64,000 bases of DNA from a virus. Location: positions 32,001 through 96,000 of the IMG/VR virus record IMGVR_UViG_3300035698_016128. One strand, given 5' to 3'. This document shows positions 29,822 through 40,174 of the stretch, piece by piece. Under the pieces are notes generated by a model. That model saw nothing but the letters and a program-made list of their open reading frames with translations, was not told the origin of the DNA and ran no database searches. Both the position numbers and the translations under genes were made by a program. The first letter of the stretch is position 1, and every line of letters starts with the position of its first letter.

Positions 29822-32263
29822 CTACAGACGAGTTGATTTCAACGTTACATTCTTGAACCCATGCATCGCCATGATTGCAAGATGAGACATTCCTATCGAC
29901 CGAGCCTTCAGTCCACCAAGCTCACGCCTTGCAGTGGCGAGAGCAGTCGTTTTTGTTTTGTCATAATAAAAGCACAGTTCCTTCCTGACCTGTGTGCTAC
30001 CGTCGACTTCCTGCGCCATTATCAAACTCTTCTTGGCAATGCGTACACAGTCACATACCTTCAACTTGCCTTCCGGTGTAAGGACTACGAATTGCGCCAT
30101 TACATTCCTCCATTTCGTATGTTGATATCTGCTTGCAACGCCTTCCTCATGAAACTTACCCTACCAGCGTAACCTATCTCTGGTCGTACCTTGGTACCGC
30201 CTGACCTATTGCATAAATCCTCGTCATAATTCGAACACTTTCCAGTTATGCAACGACAACTCATAAAATCTGTTCTCACGAACCGGCAACGCATAGGCTT
30301 GCGTTTCATATAGTCGTCTCCGCTAGTAACTACCCATTCACCGCAATCGGCTTCTCACAGCGCTCCTCGCTACAGCCATCAGTCCCATAATATACCAGAG
30401 GGGTATCCATTGCTTCTTCATATGCGTCAGCCGCATCGTGTTCTTTCCGTTCAGTGTCTCCGGTCTTATAAATTAAAATGAGCGCACGGCAATGACCACA
30501 TACAAATGCGCCATCGTCGGCACTCATGAAGCTCGCATCATAGAAAAGTCCAAACCCACAATCAGGGCATATTGGGTTCTTCATACGCTTCTTCTCAAAA
30601 GCTTCATTTTGTTTTTTCTTTTTGAAAGGCCACATGCTAACCTCCCCGCCTCTTCAGCTTCTCGCGTATTGCTTCCAACGAACCAACCACAACCGACCCA
30701 AGTGACTCCTCAGCACATACCTCCTCCAACGTCACCTTTGGTCCAGTGTAAACGCTATTAAAAGATTTACCAATTGCCGTCATAGCCTCACTGAATTCAT
30801 TTACTGAAAAGGTGGTATTCGCCATGGCTTCAGAGAATGCCTCCAGGTTGATACTTAAGCCCTCTGGTAGCAGTGCCATTCTTGCGCCCCTTACGGTATG
30901 CGTTAAACTCATGCAGTGGCATTGCGCCACAGTCTAGCCTAAGCATCTTACTTTGCTTTTCACGCTTCAGAATATTGTCCCAATTCATATAGCGCCAGAT
31001 CAACTCTCTTATGTTCGGTATTTCTTTTGATTCAGGGTAGTGCTTCCGCATGCTCCTATCAAACGCCCTTCCCTTGATCGGGCCACGCAACGGAACGCCA
31101 TAGTGCTTCAGGAATGCCTTGTTAAACCGCGTAGAGTACCTCTCAACACTCTTGTGGACTTTGATTGCATCATGGACTAGCCCGAAACCGTATGCCATCT
31201 CAACACGGAGTCTAAACACATATCGCTTAGCCATTCCCTCAAGTGTCTTTCCGCCCATGAAGCCCTCCTAGTATCACCCCCAAACTCATACAATCAATTC
31301 ATCCAGTTCACAGTATACAACAAGGATTACCTTATTACAAACTAATGCAGAGGGTCACCCGGTTGCCATAACACTCGCCTGCTCATGACTTCCCTTATTT
31401 TTTGGCTACGCAGGAACTTCTGAAGCAAATCCATGATGAGGCCAACAGCCAGATCCTTATTCGTGCAATTGTGGTCCCAACCAAAGGTCTCGGTATCGGT
31501 ATTGAAGCCAATATCAACTTCGTAAAGCTCCTTGTACTTTGCGGCCCGAATGTCCTTGCCTCTATCAAGCTGAGTTTCAAGGAAGGCACTCAGGAACTTT
31601 ATAGCGGCCTCTTCGTCGGCAAGGTTTGTGTAGAAGCAGGTATCGCGGAACTCTTCATCAACCACAGCCACATCAATCAGCATCCAAATATTCATATCCA
31701 CATCATCAGGACTACCAGTGTCCGTTTCCATATTTCTCCCCCTACGGCAAATTGTTGATTGCGTCCTGGGCTTCCATAAGGACTAAATCTCTGTCGAGTG
31801 GCACTTCTGAGAACCACGATATCGACGCGTCCTTCTTATCACCGGCATTGCACATGACATAATACCACACGTACCCCGGAGGCGCATACTCAAGCAGGGT
31901 CCACATGCCGTCAGCGGTTCTGAACCCAAAGGAGGAATCGCCTTCGCGTATGATCGTATTGATTGGCACGTATGGCGAAAGCTCTGCCTCCGTAAACATC
32001 TTCCAAGGCTCGTTGGTCCTCCCGGTGTACTTCCATGTTTTCTGAAAGAAGGCCCACATGCAGTTATCAACCTCCCACGGCGCAGTATCATCGTCGGTAA
32101 CGACCAAGTCGCCAATCGTGTACTTGGCTATGGGCCTATCCGGGGCGGTGATAGCAACGGCAGGAAAGATTATGAAGTAGGCCAGGATGATTGCCAACGA
32201 TAACAATAGATAATTTCTGCTTGTCACTTGCTTCCCCCTCTCTACCTGTTGCCTATCTCCCAC
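29822..32263 (-). other. Cluster of small hypothetical CDSs (29822-30100, 30100-30309, 30330-30635, 30637-30930, 30830-31258, 31342-31731, 31742-32263)
   Basis: Tightly packed, co-oriented ORFs, several with RBS-like sites. Some have CxxC pairs (30330) or an N-terminal TM helix (31742). Confidence 0.6.
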
Positions 32264-32769
32264 AGGATCTGTCGGGATTCAACTACCGTAAGCCCACGGC
32301 TCTCCAGCATTGACGGCAATTCGATTACGGGCTGGCCTTTCCTCGGGTACTCGGTAATCTCCTTGTACACACCTGCGGGTATGCTTCCGTCGAAGTGCGC
32401 ACGGAAGGCGATAACGTCACATGACTGTACCATATCACGGAACATTTCCATACCAGTACCACCGGCGTCCTTCTCGGCAATACACGCGGCCTGTGTCTCG
32501 GGGGTATTCGGGTTCAGCACGGTAAACCCAAGGGCTTCGAGAAGAGCCACATCGCGCCTCTCCTGCTTGGTTCCGTACAGGTGCAGGGAATGCGCATAAT
32601 ATACAGACTTCACACCATCAGGCTTTCCGAGTGCATAAGAATCTTTTCCCGCCATACTCGCACCAGCCTTTCTCAGAGCTTCCTCATCGCTCATGAATTT
32701 GGGAAAAAGGATTTCAATATTAACGTCTTCATCATGTGGCCTACATGGGCCTTTAAATCGTTTGCTCAT
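32242..32769 (-). CDS. Nucleoside 2-deoxyribosyltransferase-like protein
   Basis: VYYAH...LEALGFTVLNP...DMVQSCDVIAF...AGVYKEI matches the NDT flavodoxin-like motif order. Confidence 0.65.
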   Translation of the reverse strand: MSKRFKGPCRPHDEDVNIEILFPKFMSDEEALRKAGASMAGKDSYALGKPDGVKSVYYAHSLHLYGTKQERRDVALLEALGFTVLNPNTPETQAACIAEKDAGGTGMEMFRDMVQSCDVIAFRAHFDGSIPAGVYKEITEYPRKGQPVIELPSMLESRGLTVVESRQILWEIGNR

Positions 32770-32945
32770 AATGTTTTATCTCTCCTTTGTGTCTAAACCA
32801 TGAAGATAATGCGGGTCTTTCTTCTTATCAAATATTTTAAACGTGGGTCGTAGCTTATACGAGCCAATGGTCAACAGATTATGGTCAACCCATCGCCATG
32901 TACGTTTGACCTTCTTGATAGAACTCCTCACTCGCCGTTTGAATT

Positions 32946-34405
32946 TCATTCGTCATCCATTTGCATCAGCTCTTGATTATTTATTTTGAGATTGAATTGC
33001 AACTCCCGGTACTCTTGCAAATCATTCCGGTTCCAATCGCCCTCCTGTTCTCCAGTATCCCTATACCTATCTTCAATCATCCATATCCTCTTCTTCATTG
33101 ACATCGAATCGTCTGATTTAATCTTTCTATCAAGACGGTTGGCGACTTGTTGTAAATCAGAAGAGTGGGCGAAATACTCCAGGGCTCCGGCGACCATAGC
33201 AACCAGAGTAAATAGCGTAACGAGCAGTGTAGCAAATTTCTTATTCATCTTTCTTCTCCTTCAATACGGCGTTAGCCATCACTCCACTATCTCGTTCCAG
33301 AATCGCCAGCGAGTAGTCATGCTCCCATAGCTCGTCGTGGGTCTCCTTTCGTCCTAAGTCTTCGCAGTGATCGCGGTACCATCCCAGAGCTTCTCGTAAT
33401 TTCTTCACCTCAGTGAGTAGTTGCCAGATATAAGCTTCGTGAATCGGTACAGTCGTACCTGCTGATAACTCCGACTGAGTTCGTTGGGGCAGGTAGGCTT
33501 GAATCGCTTTCAGGTCAATCATAACTCCTCCTTTTCGGGCCATAGGCACGAGTTACGGACACTTACAATCGCACTTCGTTAGGTGCTCTATAAATACTTT
33601 GACGGATGCCTCTATATCCTTTCCCTCCCAACGAAAATTCGGCTCTCCGTCGTTATCAGTATCGTCCCAGAGAATACTACCGACTTCTCCTTCAACTCCA
33701 CCGCCAAACGTCACAGCCGTGTAGGGGGCATACATCGTAGCGGCATACAGAGCAGAATCATCAAACGATTTAACAGAGAATGCCTCAAGGATTACATCGT
33801 CATTGACATAAATCTCTCCTGTTGAAGGAAGCTCCACAATGTCTATATCGCCAGCGGCACTCTCACGGTCCCCAATCGACATTACCGCCAAGGCGATTAG
33901 CACAAAGCCGATTAGTATAACCAAAGTTATTGATTCTCTCATAACTCATAACTCCTCCCATTACGTTTTGATTTAATTAATCTACATGACGAATCATTGC
34001 ATTAAGCCTGTATTCTAATGATTCATTTTCTTTCTTTAATCGCTCGTTCTCGGCCTGGAGTTCTCTTCGATCCGGCATCATGCACAACGGGCAAACCGGC
34101 AACTCTGTGTCGAAAGGCTCGCTGTTCTCTTTCTTCAACCGATCCACCTCCTCCAGCAGGGTGTCCCGATGCTCCCTGATTGTTTTGTGATAGAGGCACT
34201 CCGTCACAGGTTCATTTACGGCATAATCGAACCGGCACGAACAGATGCCTTCGTTTTCCTCTGCCTCATCAACAGCCTCTTGTTCCAGCAGACCAATTCT
34301 GTCCAGCAGGGTGCGGATGTCTGTTGCGGTAAACTCCACAATGCAGAATGGTGGGTTGTATCGTTCGTACTTATCACGAATCTCTTGCAGGTCATCCATA
34401 CCCAC
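32946..34405 (-). other. Cluster of hypothetical CDSs (32946-33248 TM, 33241-33549, 33553-33942 TM, 33977-34405)
   Basis: Co-oriented ORFs with GGAG/GGAGG RBSs. Confidence 0.6.
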
Positions 34406-34426
34406 CTCCCATTACGTTTTGATTTA

Positions 34427-35400
34427 GTTTATCTATTTGTTGTTTATCTATTTGTTGTTTATCTGATCGCTGTGCTGTTTATGGTTGGTTATTGGGCTTT
34501 CCTTATTATGTACCACTTATGCCCTGAAAAGCCAAGGGGATGGGGAAATAATTCATTTGTTTGATTTTGAGGGGCTGAACAGGCTGGCAGGCTAGAAAGG
34601 GGCTAATGGGGTATATGAGGGCTTTGTGGGTATATATAATGATATGCGTGTGAGTGGGTGTTGAGTAAGTGTTGAATGAGTGGGAATGAGTGTGAGTGAG
34701 TGTGAATTGGTGTGAGTGAGTGTGAGTGGGGGTTGATGCGGGTATGAGGGTGTGCGGGGATTCGTCCCAAGTGACGGTTAAATGGGACAAATAGGTATGA
34801 ACCCGCCATGTTTGCCGAATTGAACTCGCATAGTGTTTATTATTCGTCCGATATGGCTACAGGTGGGGATAAATGGGGTATCTACTCGTATATACGTAAA
34901 AATGGGATGGGGTTTTTTTGGGAGGGGCAGGTTTTGTTTCAATGTGAGACCTTCGAGTGGTCTATAGGAGTTTCGTAGCGGGTTCGAGTGGTTTCGTAGC
35001 GGGTTCGAGTGGGGCAGTACAACAAGTTGTGTTTTGGTAGATCGTATACAACTTATTGTACAGAGTTACAAAACTCGGGGACGTAGGAAAATGGGGACCC
35101 CCGACACGTGGTTACGTTTTTGTAACATATGCGTATATATTTGTAACAAGTTTTCGGCAGTATTCGCACGCGGTTTTCGCATGCAAGAATTGCAATACGA
35201 AATATGTACCCACGTGCGAAAAACGTAATACGAAACCGTACCAGTACGAAAACGTAACAACATGACAGAAACGTAATCACATTACGAAAGCGTAACAACG
35301 TGACGAAAACGTAACAAGGCAGGCAGGGTGACAGCAGGCAGGCAGGGTGACAGCAGGCAGGCAGGGTGACAGCAGGCAGGCAGGGTGACAGCAGGCAGGC
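34427..35400. repeat. Non-coding low-complexity/tandem-repeat region at strand switch
   Basis: 15-bp unit x2.5 (34427-34464), GAGTGT-like run (~34645-34730), 21-bp unit x2 (34970-35011), degenerate ACGAAAACGTAAC run (~35216-35316) and 19-bp AGGCAGGCAGGGTGACAGC x4.4 (35317-35400). Confidence 0.9.
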
Positions 35401-35567
35401 AAAAAAACCCAAGTGACGAAAAACGGCGTTTCGGTGACGTATTACGTCACTTTCTTGCCTATTTTCAGGGTGCCATATTGACAGAAAAAAAGCTTGAAAA
35501 AAAACTTTCGCCTACAAGTTATTGTATTCATTACATAAAAAAAAACTTTGTACAATTTCTTGTATGT

Positions 35568-35583
35568 TGGCACACGGCATGCA
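35568..35583 (+). promoter_or_regulatory. sigma54-type -24/-12 promoter
   Basis: TGGCACACGGCATGCA: GG-N10-GC spacing; upstream of the island operon. Confidence 0.65.
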
Positions 35584-35798
35584 ATGCATAGGGTTGATTC
35601 GAACACAGCGTCACGCCAGCCCCAACTAAGTAAATGGCGAAACACAAGGCACCCGAAAGTCAAGGGTGAAAGGCAAGAAGAAAGCCTGCCGAAATAGGAA
35701 ACCGCCCTTAAGGGTGCCACTTAAAATGCGTTTCCAAAAAATTCTAGTTTTTGGCTTTGCAAGCCGTTTCCGTTTTCCTTCAGAAAGGTAGGTGCCAT

Positions 35799-36254
35799 AT
35801 GGCGAAAGCCAAAAAGCGCTTCCTGTCAATGAAGGAAATGATGTATTTTCATTTCCTTGCTATTGCAACGGCAGGGGAAAGCACCCTGAAAGCTGGGGCG
35901 CTTCTGAAGGCCTATCACGGGGGGAAAGAAACTTCCCGTGAGGTTGGCAATGTGACCGGCGAATTGTTCGCACCTGCTATCATGCTTCGGCACCTTGAAA
36001 GCTTCGGCACAGTTTCAAGCGCAGAAGCGAATGACGGCACAATCATTCGCCTGTTTGACGGCTTCGGCAAAGAAAGCTTCCGGGTTTTCTTTTCCAAGCG
36101 GGGAAAATGGGCGGGCCGCTATGGTGTTTCTGGCGCAGTGAAAAGCGCTATGGAAAACGCCCTGCCTGATTGTTCCTTTGACTGGGAACAGCAGGGCACA
36201 AAAAATTACTTCTTCTCAGGGAACAATGAAGCGCTTCTGCGCTTCGCACCCTGA
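35799..36254 (+). CDS. Hypothetical protein, paralog of 38053-38559
   Basis: AAGGTAGG RBS before ATG 35799; shares the AYHGGK, NDGT, SKRGKW and KNY(F/Y)FSGN motifs with its paralog. Confidence 0.85.
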   Translation: MAKAKKRFLSMKEMMYFHFLAIATAGESTLKAGALLKAYHGGKETSREVGNVTGELFAPAIMLRHLESFGTVSSAEANDGTIIRLFDGFGKESFRVFFSKRGKWAGRYGVSGAVKSAMENALPDCSFDWEQQGTKNYFFSGNNEALLRFAP

Positions 36255-36323
36255 CAGGCAGTAATCAACCGGGAAACGGAAACGGCTTGCAAAACCCAAA
36301 ACTAGAACAAGAAAGGGGAAACC

Positions 36324-37461
36324 ATGGAAATTTTTCTTTTTGGCTGTTTTTGGTTTAGCCTGTTTTGCAGTTTCGTCATTCTTTGCATCATGCTCAGCAA
36401 CAAGTGGTAGTAGGGGGAAACCATGTTAGAAAGCTTGCACCTTCAGTTTTTCACATTGTTCGTTGATGCTGAAGCGCTTCTGTTTTGGAAAAGGGCGTTT
36501 CAGGCTTCGGAAAGCATAACCGGGGAAAACTGGTTTGTTTTCTGAGAAAACCGGGGGGAAGGAAACTTCCCCCCCTACAATTTCTTGTAAAGGGGAAACC
36601 ATGATTTTAGGCTTCTACTTGATTGCCAACAGGCCGGTTTTCTTGATGCTCACAAACGTGGGGGAAGTTGATCAACTGTTCCAGAAAACAATATGGCTTC
36701 AGTTTGTTTGAAGCCGTCAACCGGGGGGAAGGAAACTTCCCCCCCCAGAAAGGGGAAAAAATGGAATACGAACACCCAAAAATGAGGAACAAGTTTTTTA
36801 AGTTTCTTGGTGACAGCGTGCTTGAACCACTTTTCTACAAGCTTGGCTTGTGGTACGGCTGTGATGACTGTGATGACTGCGTGAACCACTGGGTTTACAA
36901 GGTTTCCGGTTGCAAGGTGTGCACGCAAAGGAAGTGTGGCAAAATTCTTGACGCAGTGATTTGGAAGTAGGTCAACCGGGGGGAAGGAAACTTCCCCCCA
37001 AGCTTTTACAACTTCTTGCAGAAAGGAAACTGATATGACACTTGGCAAGGCAAAAAAGCCGAACGGGAAAATGTGTGCAAGGGTAGTTTCGAACGGCTTG
37101 GGTGTTGAAATAGAAGTTGGCTTGCAGAAGGCAGAAAGTGACACACTCATGGCAGTTGGCACCATTCGCCCCAAGTACAAGAATGAAGAAGCGGGCGCGT
37201 TTTTCATGACCATGCTGAAAGAATACGCTGAGGCGCACGGCATTGAATTTGATGTACAGCAATGGGAAGAATAGTCAACCGTCAACCGGGGGGAAGGAAA
37301 CTTCCCCCCAGAAAGGGGAAAGTATGAGAAAGCCTTTCAGCGCAGTACACATTTGTAACAGGTGCAAGCGCAAAGTAGTAATCATCAAACGGCACAAAGC
37401 GCTTCCGCTTCCTTACTGCTACATGTGTGGCAAGTGTTTCAAGAAGGAATACGGCACGTGA
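36324..37461 (+). other. Micro-gene array: 36324-36410 (28 aa, hydrophobic), 36423-36545 (40 aa), 36601-36711 (36 aa), 36761-36970 (69 aa, Cys-rich), 37035-37274 (79 aa), 37324-37461 (45 aa, CxxC...CxxC)
   Basis: Each is preceded by a purine-rich RBS (mostly AGGGGAAA; AAAGGAAA at 37035) and all are co-oriented; translated manually. Confidence 0.7.
36549..37309 (+). repeat. Four copies of an intergenic hairpin (GTC)AACC-GGGGGGAAG-GAAA-CTTCCCCCC
   Basis: Copies at 36549-36574, 36716-36744, 36971-36999 and 37281-37309; perfect 9-bp stem with a GAAA loop. Confidence 0.95.
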
Positions 37462-37551
37462 ACGGCTTTGAAGGGGGAAGGCGGGTGCAAGCCTGCTTTC
37501 CCCTTTTAACACGCTCAAACAGGCGCACAGGCGCACGCACGTGGAAGGAAC

Positions 37552-37594
37552 GGGGAAGGGGAAGCCAAGCGCTTTCCTTTCCCCCCTTTTTTTT
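37552..37594 (+). terminator. Rho-independent terminator closing the island operon
   Basis: GGGGAAGGGGAAGC...GCTTTCCTTTCCCC stem followed by T8. Confidence 0.8.
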
Positions 37595-38052
37595 GTGCCA
37601 AGCAGGGCGTGCGTGACCGCCATACGACCCCGATATCTGTTTAAGCGCCGGTGGATCCTTTGATTTGTGGATCACTACGTGACGACCCCTCGTAGGTTAA
37701 GCGCTGGTGGATCCTTTGAAGTACCAAAGCACTCTCAATCAATCGCTGAGGAATAGACCTATACCTGTGCCTATACGTAGACGTGGAAGAACCGGAAGGG
37801 TCGGGAAATATAAGCGAGTAGGAGGCGAGCGAGTTGATCGTACTCCCCACAGAGTCGAACCCCTTCGCCTACCCGATATCCCTGGAACCCTATCGGTTAC
37901 GAAAAGAGTTACTAACCCCCGAGCAGGGAGAAGACCTCCACCCCTCCCCGGTCCACGAGCGGTGGATCCTTTGGCCTTTCCAAAAGGAACCCCCTATCCA
38001 ACCATAAGCCGGAGTAGGGGGTTCGTACTACACGATATTCGGTACTACCGGA

Positions 38053-38559
38053 CTACGCGCCTAAGTAGCGCATGAGAGCTGCGGTATTCCCGGAGAAGTA
38101 GTAGTTCTTACTTTCGGACTGACGTACCCAACCGAACTCATCGTTGGTATTGACCGCTTCAATCTGCGTGCGTGCCTTACCCGACACACCGAACTGCCCC
38201 GACCATTTGCCCCTTTTCGACAGGAAGAACCGGAATGCTTCGGACCCGCAGTTATCAAAGACGCGAACCACCGTACCATCGTTGCATTCCGCTTCCGTGA
38301 ACCTGAGATCAGCAGCGCTCATGACCGACGCCACAATGGCGCTTCCGAGGAGTTTGCCAGTAGGACCGTCAACTGCCCTTTCGGTATCCTTCCCACCGTG
38401 GTACGCGGAGTTGAACATTCTGGCGGTCACATCCTCCGGGGTCATTTCCGGGATGACCGGCGCTTCGGGTTCAACGATGGGTTCCACCGGGGCGATGATG
38501 ACTTCTTCCGCCTTCGGGGATACTGCCTTCTTCCGCCTGATCGTTTTCTTGGTTCCCAT
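38053..38559 (-). CDS. Hypothetical protein, paralog of 35799-36254
   Basis: GGAG RBS before ATG 38559 (MGTKKTIRRKK...); aligned by eye with 35799-36254. Confidence 0.85.
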   Translation of the reverse strand: MGTKKTIRRKKAVSPKAEEVIIAPVEPIVEPEAPVIPEMTPEDVTARMFNSAYHGGKDTERAVDGPTGKLLGSAIVASVMSAADLRFTEAECNDGTVVRVFDNCGSEAFRFFLSKRGKWSGQFGVSGKARTQIEAVNTNDEFGWVRQSESKNYYFSGNTAALMRYLGA

Positions 38560-38622
38560 TTTGAATCTCCTTTCAGAAGGGTTTTGAGTCCCACCACACC
38601 ACGTGGTGGTACCCGTATATAC

Positions 38623-38638
38623 TGCAAGTCGCGTGCCT
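38623..38638 (-). promoter_or_regulatory. sigma54-type promoter
   Basis: AGGCACGCGACTTGCA, ~65 nt upstream of ATG 38559. Confidence 0.7.
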
Positions 38639-39026
38639 AACAAGGGCATCGGAAATAAAAAAAAAAGGTGGTCGTTTCAGGTACTTACAACTCCGCCCAA
38701 AACCGTCGTTCAACGAGTGGGTAAAATAGTGCCGTTTTTGGGCTCTTTGGTGACAATTTGCGCCGGAGTACCAAGAGTTACGATATCGTACTCGTATAGT
38801 TACAAGAGTGTAACTGGTTACATTATCGTACTCGGCAGTTACAGGAGCGTAACAGGATATCCCAGTTACAAAAACGTAACTAGAGTTACATAATCGTAAC
38901 AGGATGTCCCCCGAGGCAGGTTGCTCCTGGTGGATCCTTTGGATATCGGGACGACGAAGATATCCCCAAGGTGGGAATATAGCTGTGGATCAGTTAAGAT
39001 CTACCGACTCACACAATCATCTTATC

Positions 39027-40101
39027 TTATTTGACGGCCTTCAAGCCGGTTCTTCTCTTCTCCTTGTATTCAATCACCAGCTCGCGTTCAACATCCTCCA
39101 TCACATGACGCATACGCTCGGCGGCGCGAGTCAACACTTTGTCGACCTCATAGGCTACAGAGCGATCGCCGTGCACGAAGGCTTTCTCGGAAGCCACATA
39201 CTCCAGGTCGTGGCCCAACTGCTTAACGAGCGCGTTAATGAAAGCTTTCATCGTATCTCCTTCCTACAGGCTCAGCCAACGATGCATCAGGTTAAGATGC
39301 AGTACGCCGAAGAACGACACTTCGCTTGCCATGTTAAGAGTTGCGGGCGGAAGAGTCTGCCCATCATAGAAGTTCCCAAGGGATAACAAATCGTACATGT
39401 GAAGGTAGAACATAGGATTTAGTTCCTTCCCCTAAGGATGTTTCTGATTTCCTCACGATTCTCAATGCCAAGAGTTTCATCACTCAACAGCTGGATGCGC
39501 AGTTCCTTCAGCGACACCCACAGCGCTTCGAGAACGTCAGGCTCAACGATTGACCTGTACCCCAGAGGCTCATCACCAACTTCGTCGATCAGCGGGGCCA
39601 AGACAGTTTGCAGTGACTCAGCGAGTTGACCAACCAGCCGATACTTGTCAAGCTTGTTGAGCGAGTTGATGTGAGGAAGATCAATTTTCAGCTTTTTCAT
39701 TACGACTCCTCCCTACTGGGTTACCAGCGTCATGCCGACGTTGTCACATTCCATGCAAAAGAGGTTGCATGCATCAGCGATAGGAATGTCATACGATACA
39801 AGGTGAACCTCACCGCAGACATTACACTTGAACCGACGCGCACCCTTCCTCAGCAGATAACCAAGCAACTTAGACATGATTCCCCCTACTGGCCGATGCA
39901 AACGTTAAGATTGACGTAGCCCGCTTCCCGCAGATTGATCAGGGCCGTGTTCAACGACCCATCAGTGCGATAGTCACGTGCCTTCACAGCCGATGCAGCC
40001 CACGATGTGGTGATTTCCGATAAGCCTGTTCGCCTGACTGACCAGACGAACCCGTGTAAAGGATGCTGAATGGTTCTGCGATACATGCGCTTCTTTCCCA
40101 T
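39027..40101 (-). other. Small hypothetical CDSs (39027-39251, 39419-39700, 39713-39901 Zn-ribbon, 39886-40101)
   Basis: Co-oriented, with RBS-like sites, downstream of the promoter at 40159. Confidence 0.65.
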
Positions 40102-40158
40102 GGCGATTCCTTTCCTTTCTGGTTGACGATAGTTGCCTTTGCCTTCACCCTATATATA

Positions 40159-40174
40159 TGCAAGTCGCATGCCT
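40159..40174 (-). promoter_or_regulatory. sigma54-type promoter
   Basis: AGGCATGCGACTTGCA upstream of ATG 40101. Confidence 0.7.

Noticed and set aside
35317-35400. CRISPR array from the 19-bp repeats
   Set aside because: Repeats are directly tandem with no spacers; no cas genes.
35590-35660. tRNA suggested by GGGTTGATTCGAAC
   Set aside because: No cloverleaf with correct D, anticodon and T arms or a CCA end could be built.
36549-37309. CRISPR array or integron attC cassettes from the hairpin repeats
   Set aside because: Spacing is irregular (~140-280 nt) and the intervals contain ORFs. GTCAACC only partly resembles the attC R'' box, there is no matching GTTRRRY end, and no integrase is present.
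35106-37624. Explaining the island by avoidance of one known site (GATC, GANTC, CCTC, DarT TCT/TNTC, Dnd GAAC)
   Set aside because: TGATCA, TGATTC, TGAGG, TTCT/TTTC and GAAC all still occur in the island; only the broader VGAB/VTCB rule fits.
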